From Cladosporium halotolerans (Eukaryota), in assembly GCF_011745625.1 (NCBI RefSeq), contig NW_027191466.1:558001-603526 (forward strand): 45,526 nt of DNA. The letters are read 5' to 3'. Under the pieces are notes generated by a model. That model had not been told where the DNA came from and did not search any database. It was given only the letters and a program-made list of their open reading frames with translations. Position 1 is the first letter of the stretch. Each line of letters opens with the position of its first letter. Below, piece after piece: positions 1 to 12,512 of this stretch. Position numbers and translations under genes: made by a program.

Positions 1-762
1 CGCGCTTCAGGCTTTGTCTGCGCCCTCAAAGTCCTGCATAAGTCAGAGCTGCAGCAAGGAAAGGTCGAAAAGCAAGTGCGCCGCGAAATCGAGATTCAGT
101 CAAACTTGGCGCATCCACACTGCTTGCGCCTGTACGGCCACTTCCACGACAGCAAGCGCATCTTCCTCATTCTCGAATTCGCCGGCAAAGGCGAGCTGTA
201 CAAGCATCTGCGCAAAGCCGGCAAATTCCCGGAATGGCAAGCAGCGCAGTACATCGCACAGATGGCCAGCGCTCTCAAGTACCTGCATAAGAAGCACGTC
301 ATGCACCGTGATATCAAGCCTGAGAACATCCTCGTGGGGATTCACGGCGAGATCAAGATCAGCGATTTTGGCTGGAGTGTACATGCACCGAACAATCGCC
401 GAAACACAATGTGCGGTACTCTGGACTACCTGCCACCCGAGATGATCAAGCCCGGACGTGAGGAGAATTGGTACACAGAAAAGGTCGACCTGTGGTCGCT
501 AGGCGTCCTCACGTACGAATTCTTGGTCGGTGAAGCGCCTTTCGAAGACACTCCTGTCATGACACAACGGCGAATCGCGAAGTGCGACATGTCGATCCCT
601 CCAAATCTCAGTCCCGAAGCGAGAGACCTGATCAAGCGATTGCTTGTGCTCGACCCAGAAAAGAGGATCAGCCTCGAGGACGTCGAGACTCACCCGTGGA
701 TTATCAAGCACTGCGTTAAGGGCGAAAGGGCTTATAACCGCGCGAGTTTTGAGAAGAAGTAA
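1..762 (+). CDS. IPL1: Aurora-family Ser/Thr protein kinase, 5'-truncated by the window edge
   Basis: Frame is open from base 1 ([36 protein letters not shown]). It contains HRDIKPEN, the Aurora signature [28 protein letters not shown] and [10 protein letters not shown]. Stop TAA at 760-762. Confidence 0.95.
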   Translation, partial: RASGFVCALKVLHKSELQQGKVEKQVRREIEIQSNLAHPHCLRLYGHFHDSKRIFLILEFAGKGELYKHLRKAGKFPEWQAAQYIAQMASALKYLHKKHVMHRDIKPENILVGIHGEIKISDFGWSVHAPNNRRNTMCGTLDYLPPEMIKPGREENWYTEKVDLWSLGVLTYEFLVGEAPFEDTPVMTQRRIAKCDMSIPPNLSPEARDLIKRLLVLDPEKRISLEDVETHPWIIKHCVKGERAYNRASFEKK

Positions 763-1250
763 TGGAGTCACGCGCTGCGCGCTGAATTCCCACGTCCTGG
801 TAGCCGGGCGACTTTTTACGAGGTTGATTCTGCATTTGAACACAGCGATTGATTTAGGGCATGGCGTGGAGTCTCGGGGCTTGCTTTAATCGTGGGACAG
901 GGTTATAATAGTTGTGGCGCATCCATCGCTTCGGACGCTCAGATATGCTTGTCATGAAATGTAACACTGTTGTCTATCGTACACTGCCCGCTCTTCTAAA
1001 TCAGCCGATGCCACCCATCGAAGATTGGAGTCCATAGCGTTTCTTGAAAGGGTTGAGATTACCGACTAATACGCCGCCGCCAGCAATTGACAACCAGGAC
1101 GATCTGGCGAGACCTGAGGCCATCCCGTGGCACAGGTCCGAGGCCTTACTGGGTCTCCAACCCTTGCTGCGGAGCCTCTCGCTTTTCTCTTTGGTTCATG
1201 TTTGGTGCGCTATGCTCCACATCAACACCAATCTCACACCGTATATCCTC

Positions 1251-1973
1251 TCACTTGTAGATTTCATCGAACGGTCGGGTATCGTTGAAACAGCTGTCCC
1301 AAACCTCGTTCACAACCTGATTCGCATGCGCCGCATCTCTACACCCTGGCCTCGCCGCCACACTCAGCGCGGCTCGCCGCCTCACACACTCCTGCATCTG
1401 TTGTGTGACACCCCACTGGCCTCTTGTGAAAAACTCCCTGCCCCAACGACACTCGCCACTGAGCGTACTTGCGCGGATCTCCGTGCAAGCCGCATGCCTC
1501 AGATTATGCACCGCGTCCATCTTAAACCGCAGGTGATCGTAAGCGTGCACCATCTCATGCGCGATCGTATCCTCGGTGTGTCCCCAGTTGCGCATCTGGT
1601 TTGCGCAGATGAGAATGCCGTACTCGGGATCGAAGCCGCCGGATTGCTTCGCGTCGCATTTCTGGCATATCACGCGCTCGGGCGTTATCGAGGCGCTGCC
1701 GTCGCTGGGCCCCAGCAGGTCGATGTTGTGCTTCATGAAGCGGATGATGGGCGAGTTGGCGAACAGCCATTTCGTGTCGCGGACGCAACGCTTACAGTCG
1801 GCCTCTGCGTTGATGGTGTCTTTGACGCGGAAGTAGGCTTCGCGCTCGCGGGTTGAGGCATTGCCGGTGAGGATGGAGAAGAAGGAGGACCAGGTGTAGT
1901 AGGTTGCGTCGTCGGGTGAGACTTTGGGATTGGACGCAGGGTCCGAGGAGGACGTTGATTGTGAGGCCGACAT
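1251..1973 (-). CDS. ATP23: Mitochondrial inner membrane metalloprotease Atp23 (peptidase M76)
   Basis: Intronless 240-aa ORF with [14 protein letters not shown], the HEXXH motif [33 protein letters not shown] and C-terminal [16 protein letters not shown]. Confidence 0.95.
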   Translation of the reverse strand: MSASQSTSSSDPASNPKVSPDDATYYTWSSFFSILTGNASTREREAYFRVKDTINAEADCKRCVRDTKWLFANSPIIRFMKHNIDLLGPSDGSASITPERVICQKCDAKQSGGFDPEYGILICANQMRNWGHTEDTIAHEMVHAYDHLRFKMDAVHNLRHAACTEIRASTLSGECRWGREFFTRGQWGVTQQMQECVRRRAALSVAARPGCRDAAHANQVVNEVWDSCFNDTRPFDEIYK

Positions 1974-2294
1974 AGTATCTGTGCTGCTAGCGATTTAGAA
2001 TTGTCCCTCTCTAGCCTTGGAAGGTCGGATCAACTCTGTTCTGGTGCTGGCCCCGACAAGCAATTGGAGTCGTCGAATGCCCGATTGAGCGATTCATGGC
2101 AAGGCTGTGATTGGCTGCGGAGACGGCGACGCGGGCAGGACGTCGCGAAACCCTCATCCCGTCCCTGCGTCTGGGACGCGACGTCACTGTTTGGGGAGGC
2201 GTCGACAAACACACCCCTCCTCAAGACATGCGCAAATAACTGGCTAAGCCAATTTTCCTGGACTTGACCACATCTTGGTCGCGGACTCGCCAGT

Positions 2295-5200
2295 ATGGAT
2301 CTGCCGCCAAAATCACCCTCTTTCGCCCGCTCGCCGTCTGCCGCTTCTCACGCGACGAGCGGGCATGACCAGGAGGATCTGAACAACAACATGCGCCGCG
2401 TCTCCCTATCACAGGACCGCCGCGCGAGCACCTCTTCTAACAAGGGAGCTGCATCGCAAAGCGGCCCTCTTACACCAAATTCTGCGCGACGCTCGTCTTC
2501 TTCGTTCGCTCTGCGCCAATCTGCCTCCTCACCGCGCCTGAGCAAAAGGACTTCGCGCTCGTCACTTTCTGCACAATCGCCGCACCAGCCTTCTGACGGC
2601 GTTGTGAAGGAACCGACGCCCAAGCGCTCCATAAGCAATCTCATTTCTGGCCTCAGAGAAGCGCAAGCACAGTCTAGCATGGCTGCTATCAAGGAGCCCG
2701 TGCGAGTGACAGCACCTGACATCGCGAAAGTCCATTTCGCGCGTGAGCTCGCCCGCTTGGAAAGTATCGGAGCAGAAACAATGGTCATCTTGCACGATGC
2801 TTGTTACGGCCACCGTTTCTCACGTCCACGCACGAGCAAGAGTTCTCTTTCCATGATCGTAGAGCGACCTGAGAGATTGCACGCTGGCGTCCTGGGCGCT
2901 GCTACGGCCTTTGTTCGAATGGGAGGGCACTATGAGGGGCAGAGTAATGCGCCGACAGTAAGTGGCGAAGTGCGCGATCAGCCGCCTTTCGTGATTCGCA
3001 AGACGGCGCGTACTTTGGATGTTGGAAGCAGCTTCGTCACCAATGTTCACGGTACGGAGTGGATGCGCGAATTGCAAGGCATGTGTGCGGCGGCTGAAGG
3101 GCGCTTGAAGAACGGAGAGAAGGAATTGGCTAGAGATTCGACCACCGAAGAGGGCGAGAAACGCACGTTGCACGAAGGTGATTTATATCTTTGCGCAGAA
3201 TCTTTGGACGCCTTTCAAGGGGCTCTAGGTGGCGTTGCGGACGCAGTCGATGCTGTCTTTGCGCATGATGTGCGAACTAAGCGCGCATTTGTCGCCGTTC
3301 GCCCTCCTGGACATCACTGCAGCGCTGATTACCCTTCTGGATTTTGCTGGCTCAATAACGTGCACGTTGGATTGGAGTATGCTGCACAAACGCAGGGACT
3401 GACTCATGCCGCCATTATCGATTTCGACTTACACCACGGAGACGGAAGTCAATCCATCGCCTGGGATCGAAATAGCAAGAACAACATCAAGCGATTAACT
3501 GCAAAAGCGAACAGTAAGCTGAAGCTGGGGCCCGATATTGGATACTACAGCCTGCACGACATCAATAGCTATCCTTGCGAAAGTGGCGACGACGAGAAAG
3601 TTCAAGCAGCCAGTCTTTGCATTGAGAACGCACACGGGCAGTCCATCTGGAACGTCCATCTGCAGACCTGGAAGACAGTTGATGAGTTCTGGCAACTTTA
3701 CGAATCGCGTTACAAGATCTTGCTCGAGAAAGCGCGCATCTTCCTCCGCCACCACACCTCGCGGTTGTGCGCAGAAGGGAAAGTGCAGCCAAAAGCCGCG
3801 ATTTTCATATCCGCTGGATTCGACGCTTCTGAATGGGAGGGAGCGGGCATGCAGAGGCATGTGGTTAATGTGCCCACGGAGTTCTATGCTCGTTTCACGG
3901 AGGATATGGTACGATTAGCTCAAGAGGAAGGCACTGGGTGTGATGGTCGTGTCATCAGCGTGCTCGAGGGAGGCTACAGCGATCGCGCGCTCTGCAGCGG
4001 TGTGCTAAGCCACCTATCTGGCCTCAGTTCGGCGTCCTCGTCAGCTCCAGCCCAGCCCATTGACCGTTCATCTGATCTCGAGCAGCATATGTCGAGCCTA
4101 TCGCTACAAAACGGAGCCGGTCGTCCCGGATATGACGCCCAGTGGTGGTCTGCTGAGAATTTGACTGCTTTGGAAGCCAAAGTAAATCCGCCTCCACCTC
4201 CTGCGGCGGTAAAGAAATATCGCATGGGTCAGCAGCCCACGTATGCCACACCGACAGAGTCGTTCGCGTACAAGGTGCACGACCCTCAAAAGTTCGCGCG
4301 CTCGATCTCCGGCACGATGAGGGAAACACCTGTAGGCTCTGTTCGACCACCTACGCCGCCTTCACCGGAGATCGACTGGGTTCTCGCGACTCAAGAGTTG
4401 ACTGGTCTCCTTGTACCGCAGGACAGGCAGACAAAGAGCTGTACCCCTGAGCAACTAGCCGCTCCGAAAAAAGCGGCCTTTGCTCCTTCTGCTGCGGACA
4501 AAGATCAAGCTGAAAAGCCGAGACAACTACGAACAAGAGCCAAGCCAACTCAGAAGGAGAGCGACCGCCGTCGTACAATCGCCGATCTGCCCGTATCGAC
4601 GGAGCCTGAACCTGCTGCACCTGCCGTACCTGCCGCACAGCCAGCGCAAGCGAAGCGTTCCAGCAGGCGATCTAGCATGGCTAGTACGGTCAGCCCCGAT
4701 CCTACCGAAGCAGATGACATTCCTCCCGTTCCAGCCATTGTCACTACAACGGACGGAGGCATGCAGCCTCCGCCTCCACCACCGGCGGCGCCAAGTCAAG
4801 CGCAGATGAAGAAAGTGCGTGCTCCTCCAAAGCTCAAGAAGCCAGTCGCACCCGCTAGTGCGCCGGTTTCTCCCATGTTCAGACGTCAACTCCCCCCTCA
4901 CGCGCAAGGAGCCGCCGTGCCGCAAGGCGATGAGATGCAGTCCCCGACTGCGACTTCTGCTGCGCCACCTGCGAGTGCCATGTCGCCCACGTCAGAGATG
5001 GATGCTTTGACGAAAGGGTTGAAGAAAGTCACGCTCAAGCTTGGCACACGGGAGGAGCACGACCGCAAGATGAAGGAGAAGCTGGACGCCGAAAGGCGCG
5101 CGAGGGCACTGAAAGGCGCAGAGACTCGGCGAATCAACAAGGCCGCGAAGGAGGCGAAGGAGGCTCAAATGGCCGATGCAAAATTGACTCCGGCGCAGAG

Positions 5201-6002
5201 AGCGAAGCTTGGACCTGAGGGTGTCAGGAGTGAAAATGTGAAGCCCGCAGTCCCCCAAGAGCCCGTTGCGATTTTGCCGAAGCCTGAACCTGAAATCTCG
5301 CAGCCTCTACCGCCGATGGAGCAGAATCCCATGGCAGGTGTTTCCACAATGCAGGGCATGGCCGATCCCGAGCCGCAAAACAACAACGCATCCATAATGC
5401 CCACCACTTCAGGAGCACCGCAATTCATCATTCCTTCTTACCAAGCGCCGGCCGCAGCACCTATCCCAGCGCCCGCACCAGCTCCTGCACCACCTCCTGC
5501 GGCAGCACCCGAAGCTCCTCAACCTGAGGTTCCGGTCATACAGCCCCAATCCGCAACGCCCCCATTGCCGTTTCCTCAATCTCGGCAATCTAGCACCGGC
5601 TCAATCTATCGCTTCGTGCCAGTCATGAACGAGACCACGCCCCCACAAAGCAGACCTTCCACTGCCGCTCGCATGACTTCTTCTCCCAAGCTAAACGCAC
5701 CAGAGTCATCTCAGTTCAACCCGTCAGCTGCGATTTTCAGCGGCCCAGCCGTCTTGGATAGGCAGCTGCCGGTATTTTCTGCAACAGGCCCCATTCCGTT
5801 CGCAGCACCGCCGACCGGAGCTTCTGCAAAGGAGGGAGTACCTCCTTCTGGTCCTCTGAGCGGCGATGCTAGCGGCATGCCTGGTGCAGTTGCTTCTCAA
5901 GGCCACTTCAATGCTGGGCGGTTGTCGCATGAGGCGCCTGCTGGGGTTGGTCCTGAAGCAGATGTTGATATATGGGCGGTGCCGGAGACACCCAAGAAGT
6001 GA
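2295..6002 (+). CDS. HOS3: Hos3-type histone deacetylase with long low-complexity Ser-rich N-terminal and Pro/Ala-rich C-terminal tails
   Basis: 1235-aa intronless ORF with HDAC motifs RPPGHH, GFCWLNN, DFDLHHGDGSQ, SAGFDASEWE and VLEGGYSDRAL, plus the Hos3-like segments IVERPER and VPTEFYARFT. Confidence 0.92.
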   Translation: MDLPPKSPSFARSPSAASHATSGHDQEDLNNNMRRVSLSQDRRASTSSNKGAASQSGPLTPNSARRSSSSFALRQSASSPRLSKRTSRSSLSAQSPHQPSDGVVKEPTPKRSISNLISGLREAQAQSSMAAIKEPVRVTAPDIAKVHFARELARLESIGAETMVILHDACYGHRFSRPRTSKSSLSMIVERPERLHAGVLGAATAFVRMGGHYEGQSNAPTVSGEVRDQPPFVIRKTARTLDVGSSFVTNVHGTEWMRELQGMCAAAEGRLKNGEKELARDSTTEEGEKRTLHEGDLYLCAESLDAFQGALGGVADAVDAVFAHDVRTKRAFVAVRPPGHHCSADYPSGFCWLNNVHVGLEYAAQTQGLTHAAIIDFDLHHGDGSQSIAWDRNSKNNIKRLTAKANSKLKLGPDIGYYSLHDINSYPCESGDDEKVQAASLCIENAHGQSIWNVHLQTWKTVDEFWQLYESRYKILLEKARIFLRHHTSRLCAEGKVQPKAAIFISAGFDASEWEGAGMQRHVVNVPTEFYARFTEDMVRLAQEEGTGCDGRVISVLEGGYSDRALCSGVLSHLSGLSSASSSAPAQPIDRSSDLEQHMSSLSLQNGAGRPGYDAQWWSAENLTALEAKVNPPPPPAAVKKYRMGQQPTYATPTESFAYKVHDPQKFARSISGTMRETPVGSVRPPTPPSPEIDWVLATQELTGLLVPQDRQTKSCTPEQLAAPKKAAFAPSAADKDQAEKPRQLRTRAKPTQKESDRRRTIADLPVSTEPEPAAPAVPAAQPAQAKRSSRRSSMASTVSPDPTEADDIPPVPAIVTTTDGGMQPPPPPPAAPSQAQMKKVRAPPKLKKPVAPASAPVSPMFRRQLPPHAQGAAVPQGDEMQSPTATSAAPPASAMSPTSEMDALTKGLKKVTLKLGTREEHDRKMKEKLDAERRARALKGAETRRINKAAKEAKEAQMADAKLTPAQRAKLGPEGVRSENVKPAVPQEPVAILPKPEPEISQPLPPMEQNPMAGVSTMQGMADPEPQNNNASIMPTTSGAPQFIIPSYQAPAAAPIPAPAPAPAPPPAAAPEAPQPEVPVIQPQSATPPLPFPQSRQSSTGSIYRFVPVMNETTPPQSRPSTAARMTSSPKLNAPESSQFNPSAAIFSGPAVLDRQLPVFSATGPIPFAAPPTGASAKEGVPPSGPLSGDASGMPGAVASQGHFNAGRLSHEAPAGVGPEADVDIWAVPETPKK

Positions 6003-6324
6003 AAAGTGTGGGTGGTATGGTCAGCATGTTATGCGAGAATTCAGATGGAGGCGGCAGATTCTTTTGTTGTTACGTGCCTTTTGGCAATGCAGATACCCCT
6101 ACATTTTGTTCTTGTAATGATTTATTGCACTGCGATCTTTCCCTTCCCCTGGTCCCTCATGTATTCTTCCATGATCGTGTTCCTTCTGTAGCGGCACTCG
6201 CCTCGATCGACATCAACACAGTGCTTGCCTATGACATGCCAATGACAATTTTGCAACTATGCGCAATCATTCTGGCCAACGACCTAGCGCTCAACGTGCA
6301 AGAACGTGCTTTCATTCAAGTTTC

Positions 6325-7191
6325 TCAATAGTAGTATCCTTTGTTGCGATTTCTCTCGCGACTCCGAGTCAAAAGCCCATAGGTCAGAGCCGCAATGCTG
6401 CGCATGGAAGCCTCAACACCAGGTCTCTCCTGCAGCTCTTCGAAGTGTGCATGGACAGCATCAGCGACAATTTCACGTAGCTCCGTAACGTCCTCCGCTG
6501 TTGAGTTGTAAACGATGTGAATGGTATGAGCAAAGTCCTCGTGCGACCACTGAGTGGCCACTGCTTCTTTGAACTTCTGTGTAGTTAAGTGTCGCAGTCC
6601 GTCTATTTGGTATTTGACGGCCATCGCGAAGAGTTTGGCGTGTTGCATGAGATTGACGTTTGGCTGCTCGGCGTCGAATGCCTGTGGCGGAGTTTCTTGA
6701 CCACTTGAATCCCATGTCGGATGGCTGTACCTCAACTTCTTGGTACTCTGTCTTGTGGACTTAGTTGACGTAGTGCTGTCCTTAGGACGGGGATAGTCCA
6801 AGTGGTAAAAGTATTCCACCATCAGCTTTACGATCTCAGGATCGTCGCATGCCTCGTCAAACTCTTCAGTGTCACCATCCGCAGCCTTGAGCTCAATGAC
6901 TCCATTTTTCCCTTCCTGCGCGTCATTGCCGTCAGCTTTGTTCGCAAAGAGAGGGCGTCCCACCGACCTTGAAGGTTCCGTTTTTGAAGGCCGTCTTGAA
7001 ATACTTGGATTGAATTGCAAGTATGACCTTGTGGACTTTGAAGTGATATGGGCCGCAGACAATCGTGCAATCCGAGTGTTGCTCCGACTCATGCACCCTA
7101 GATAGGTGTCAGCGTTTCTGATCGTCTACCACATATATTCCCCTACTCACTGGCTGAGGCCATACTTGAGAGAGTCGGCTGGAGTGATCAT
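6325..7191 (-). CDS. BTB/POZ-domain protein (3 exons: 7191-7151, 7097-6968, 6915-6325)
   Basis: Splicing GT-AG introns 7150-7098 and 6967-6916 (each with a GCTGAC branch) gives MITPADSLKYGLSQVHESEQHSDCTIVCGPYHFKVHKVILAIQSKYFKTAFKNGTFKEGKNGVIEL...DDPEIVKLMVEYFYHLDY...HAKLFAMAVKYQIDGL, a typical fungal BTB pattern. The N-terminus given in the ORF track is an artefact. Confidence 0.85.
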
Positions 7192-7442
7192 GGTCTATGG
7201 TGGATCAGTTTGTGAGTACGGAGCGAGAGCCAGCTCGATGTTGGATCTCATGTGTTTTCATTGAGAGATCGCAGCGTACATGCAGCCATCCACGACAAAC
7301 GCACGATGTTTGGTCAGTGCAGGAGCTGTCACACCAGCTACGTTCAAACACTTTGATTGGACTAAGACCTGTGACACCGAAGCAAGGTAAGTCCTGCAGG
7401 CTTCCGATCCTTTCTCACCGCCGAGAGCAAGTGCTACCCATT

Positions 7443-9318
7443 TCAATTCCTACCCAAGGCTCTCTCAATCTCGACTAGAGCGGCGAGAACCTTCTCATCT
7501 TCCTGTCTTCTGCCTACAATTTGCAGGCTGACGGGTGCATCCGCGAATCTTTCAGGCGTGTACATCTCGTACACGAATCTGTCTTGTTCGTTCTTCGGGA
7601 CGTAGTCAACATCCTTGGGATCGAGAATCGGATCAACCTTCGTTACGGGAAAGACAGCGGCTGGGTAATCGACCAAGTTCCAATGCGAAGTGTATCCCCA
7701 GTACCTCGAATGCTCGTGTGGTGTTGCCGCACCAAACGATGGAGGGCAGATGATCACATCAACTTCTTTCCCTGACTTAGCAGTATCAGACCAAGCCTTT
7801 GCATACATTGCGCGATACCGATCACGTCGAACGCAGAGCTAACCTACAGTTAGTATAGCCCTTAGATCGTTTGTCCAACCATGACTTACCTCCCACAATT
7901 CGTGCTGGGTCAGGTCCTTGATCGTCGGCTGCTCTTTGATGATGAAGTCGGTCAAGGGCAGAACGGGCTCACCGCCCTTCGCAATCAAATTGAGAACCTC
8001 CTTGCCACCGTCTGGGAAGTACAGAGCGGACAGGATATCCCAACCCTCCTGATGGTTAAGGCCCTCACAGTCCCAGTCAACCACTTCCATGCCTGCATTG
8101 CGGCAGTGCTCTGCAACCTCTCTGAGAGCACGAGTCATCGGAGGATGTGGCTGTACAACGCCATCCCACCATTGGATAGCCACCTTGGGAGGACTCGTGA
8201 ATTTGTAGGGTGTCCACTCCTTCACTGTTAGTGAAGGATCGATGCGCCATGGCTTTGCGGCGACGGCGACTCTCATGAAAAGGTCGAGAGCATCACGATC
8301 CACAGTCATGGGCCCTGGACAGGCGCCGATCGTCTCTTTGCCAGCTGCTGGTGCGATGAGACCGGTGGTGGAAATCCGCTTGAGACTTGGTCTAATTGAG
8401 TCAGCACCAACGCCTAGTAAAACGAACGATTTTGCCACATACTTAAAACCGTAGACTCCGACATGTGCAGATGGACAGCGGATGCTACCGCCTATGTCTC
8501 CACCAACACCCTGTATGACTTAGCATGGTTGTTTCAAAACATGAATGACGGCGGACTTACAAGTATGCTACCTCTCATTCCCAACAAAGCAGATTCGCCT
8601 CCGCTGCTTCCGCCGGGCGTCAGCCTACGGTTGTAAGGATTGACTGTTCGACCATATACGTTGCTGCTCGTCTCTAGGTGCATAATGGCTTGTGGCTGCG
8701 TCGTCCGGGCATAGAAAACACATCCTTGCTCCCAGAAAGTGTCGTACAGCAAGTTGGAGCCGTGCTTCTTGCCGAGCCAGGCCACAAAAGATGCTGACGA
8801 AGTAATGTTTTCGCCCACCATACCCTGGTGCTCCTTGGTAGAAATTGGCAAGCCGAAGAGTTCACCTTGAGGCTCAGGCAGAGCATCCAGATACTTCGCC
8901 CTCTCTATAGCTTCATCCCAGAGTAGTTCGACCAGGCAGTTCGTCTGTCGAAAGTCATCATTAGACTCAGCTACTTCTGTATGGGGCTCGAGACATTTAC
9001 CGCAGCGTGCGCAAGTGCAGCCCGTCTGAGGAATGCTCGCGTCACTTCTTCAACGGAAACTCGCCTGGTCCGCATCTCCGACAGGAGGTCCAAGATACCA
9101 TACCGTTCAGTGATCTCGATCTCTCTGGAAGTCAAGACTGCTGAAGCCAGGCTCTGGCAATTCATGGGTAGGTCGTTTTCTTCAGGGACGCCTTGCAACA
9201 CTGGCTTGACCTTGGCAAGCGAAGCGTCACGCTTCGCTCGAGCCCACTGAGCCTTTTCCTCCCATGACTTTAAATGTTGTGGGCTGCTGGCTTTGTCATT
9301 ATCACCGAGTAAAGGCAT
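7443..9318 (-). CDS. Amidase-signature family enzyme (acetamidase/general amidase-like), 5 exons
   Basis: Introns 9000-8945, 8560-8511, 8442-8392 and 7889-7839. The spliced product has GLPISTKE (catalytic Lys), TPGGSSGGES and GVGGDIGGSIRCPS (Ser-cisSer-Lys triad), and C-terminal APVSLQIVGRRQEDEKVL. Confidence 0.9.
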
Positions 9319-9460
9319 CTTGAAGTAAGTACGTGAGGAATGGCTTCTAAGAGCTGATATCAACTGATCACAGGCACTTGTTGCTGGCCGACGAGTGAGA
9401 TGGATTGGCAACGATGAGGTTTGTATTGCTTCCGCGAAATAAGCACGCCTTCACGTTCGA

Positions 9461-10373
9461 CTTATCTCCCATGATTGCGCTTGAGGCACATTATTCTGTA
9501 ACCCTCTCTACTCGCTCTGATAACTAACAGATTGCAGTATCTCATCCGCCGCAGATGTGGACCCGAAAGCCGGCGATAGACGAGTATATTTGCTCCGGAT
9601 GAGTGGGTCTTCGCGATTTGGGATGCCCGTTGAAGATGCAGCTGGGGATGGATGAGTCTCTCATGAGTCGGGCTGAAGTCTGCCGAAGTGGATCAATAGA
9701 TAGGCAGTCTTGCCCGAGCGCTTGGCGCCAACGGACTTGGTGGTTGTTCGGGCTTCCCCACGCGGAGGCCACGTTCCTCCTCTCGCTGTGGCCTTCCGAA
9801 TCTGTGTTTATTCTGTCTCGATAACGCCACACTCGTCGGCGACAGTCCCTCTGCTACAAGACGTTTACAAGCAGTAGTATCAATCTGCCTCTCTATCTCT
9901 TGATTGTGACCTAGCGGAGGACTGGGGTGCCTGCCTCGTGGACTAGCAGCATGTCATGACAGCCACGTGTTTGACACATGGCATGTCCCAGCGCTCGAGA
10001 GATCAATCTCGCGATGCAAAGTGATGCCGCTGATCTGGTACTTATCATTGGTCTCAGCATTAACGCTTTTAAATCGCCTTACACTCGCTCTATTCTTCTT
10101 CCTATGATTGAATCGAAAAGGGAATTATCCATTAACGGAGCACCACAGAGGCAACTCACGGCGAAAGATGGTGAGCCGGTTACAGCCGTCCTTGCATTGA
10201 TCGACAGCGTTGCCTAACAAGAGCGAGTACTTATCCTCATCATGATAAGCCAAATGCTTGACGCCACTCCCCGCCTATTCAGCTGAATTATCCGTTTGCC
10301 ACCTCCTCATTCGCGACAGCATTGGCTTTCCGACAGTACATACCTTATCACTCTTGATGCAACCCCAGATAAG
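9461..10373. promoter_or_regulatory. Cluster of GATA-factor (AreA/NIT2-type) sites in the amidase-MFS divergent promoter
   Basis: Ten GATAA/TTATC sites at about 9461, 9518, 9819, 10041, 10124, 10230, 10243, 10287, 10344 and 10367; six of them are GATAAG/CTTATC. Confidence 0.6.
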
Positions 10374-10551
10374 CCGCATTGGGTTGCCTTCAACGAGCCC
10401 TTTCTGTTTCTATACTGATGGGTATATCTGTTGTGTACGTCCGTGAATGTTTGGCTTGACGATCGGTCTTCGCTCTTTCATGCTCTTCAACCCGCCGTTG
10501 GTTTGACCATCCCCTCATTTTCCCCAATCCTACACACAACAATACCCAACC

Positions 10552-12512
10552 ATGTCTGGGGCTCAACATCGGGATCCAGACGCAATCGAAACGTTACCTC
10601 CAGGTACCGTTCGCCTCATCGACGAAGACGGATACGAATACTCGAAGCACGCCGCAGGGAATGGTCAGAAAGACATTTTGCTTGTACCCCAGCCCAGCGA
10701 AGATCCAGAGGATCCACTCAACTGGGCTTTCAAGCGCAAGATTCTTGCTACAGCATGTGTTGTGATCTATACAATTTTCATTGCGATTCCTTCCAGTGCG
10801 GTCTACTCTATTGTCACACCAATTCGCAAGGAGACTTCATTGAGCCTTGCTGATATCAACAATGGAACCGGTATCATGTTCCTGTTGTACGGGTAAGACG
10901 TCCGGGCATAATTCAGAGAATGTTCGATGACTGACATCTGAGGCCAGTTGGGGATGCATCTTCTGGCAAGCGATTGCGCTGCAATACGGCAAACGTCCTG
11001 TCTATCTTTTCTCCATCGCGACTAACATTGTAATCCTTGCTACCGCGCCACTTTGCACGAACGCGGGAACATATACCGCGAATCGTATTCTCCTCGGGTT
11101 CTTCGGTTCGCCGGTAGAGTCTTTGGCCGAGATCTCCATCACCGACATCTGGTTTGTTCACGAACGGCCGAAGTATATGGCCTATTATGGTTGGTCACTT
11201 GCGTTGACCGGTAAGCTGGCGCCGATGCTGGCAGGGTTCATCAATGTTGGCATGGGTTGGGAGTGGACACTCAGGGTAGGCACTACCGTCATTCGTCCAG
11301 CACGCATTCATTCGCTAACCTGATGATAGTGGTGGGCCATCCTTCTTGCTTTGACTCTTGTGTTCTGTTTCTTCTTCATGGAGGAGACGAACTACGACAG
11401 AAAACATGAGCCTGCGGCAGAGCAGTCCGATTTTCCCAACACGAAGACTCCTGAAAAGCCAAACATGGATGCTCAAGCAAGCGCTGCTGACACTAATTAC
11501 AAGAAGACAAGCCCTGAGGATGTCAGGCCGGTCTCATCAGATGACTACGAATCCGGAGAGGTCCAGTGGCCGCGGAAGACCTTCAAGGACAAACTCAGCC
11601 TCAAAGACAAGAAACGACCAAACCGACTTCTCAACATCATGCTGGCGCCATTCAAGGGCTTTACCTATCCGTCTGTGGTCTATGCTGGGTTTGTGAATCG
11701 TGGTATTTTCCTCCTTTGACCTTTCACTGATAATTTTTCTAGCTTTATGTATGGCGCAAACAGTCTCGTCTGGCAGGGCGTACAGAATGCCACCATCGGT
11801 ACGGTATACACAACGATGTACGGATTCAGTACTGCAGGCGTCGCTGCAGCCTATTCCGGAGGCGTCATTGGTACATTCATCGGGTAAGTCAAGGTCTCTT
11901 CGCAACGAATCGCCCGTGTCGAGCTGACAATATCGTCCTCAGTGGCTACTATTGCGGCAAAGTCGGCAAGATGCTCACCATTCGACTGGCGCGTCGCAAT
12001 GGAGGTATCAGTGAGCCAGAACATGCGGTAAGCGTCCTCAGAATCCTTTCGTTCTCCTAATCGACCCACTGATAGTCGTAAAGTTGTATCTCTTCATCGC
12101 AAGCATGTTCCTGTGTCCGTTCTCAATGATCCTCTACGGCCTCGGCGTCACCTACCACCTCCACTGGATGGCACTGGTCATCAGCCAGGTCGCAATTGCA
12201 ATCAACGCAGCCCTTTGCGTTGGAGCCGCTCTGACATATGCCATCTCGAGCTACCCCGAGCTATCTGGATCGATGGTCACGACTTGCGTCCTGATCAGGA
12301 ACACTCTGTCTTTTGCGGTCAACTATGGCATTACGCCTTGGCTGAATGCGAGTGGGTATCTTCGTGTGTACTGTATCATGGCGGGTATTGGCCTTGTGTG
12401 GAACGGCAGTTTGTTCGTGATGACTAGATACGGACGGAAGCTGAGAGAAAGGACCGCTGAGAGATATTGGAGCGACGTCGCCAAAGCTAGAGCGAAGGGT
12501 CTGGGACATTAA
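10552..12512 (+). CDS. MFS transporter (DHA1/HOL1-like), 6 exons
   Basis: Introns 10893-10947, 11276-11329, 11689-11742, 11884-11942 and 12028-12083 restore one frame. It has ILLVPQPSEDPEDPLNW, YGKRPVY, ISITDIWFVHER, FFFMEETNYDR, ARRNGGISEPEH and multiple hydrophobic TM segments. Confidence 0.88.

Noticed and set aside
6966..6976. Perfect yeast Zap1 zinc-response palindrome ACCTTGAAGGT
   Set aside because: It lies across the exon 2/intron 2 junction of the BTB gene (ACC TTC AAG|gt) and is explained by coding and splice constraints; it is not in a promoter.
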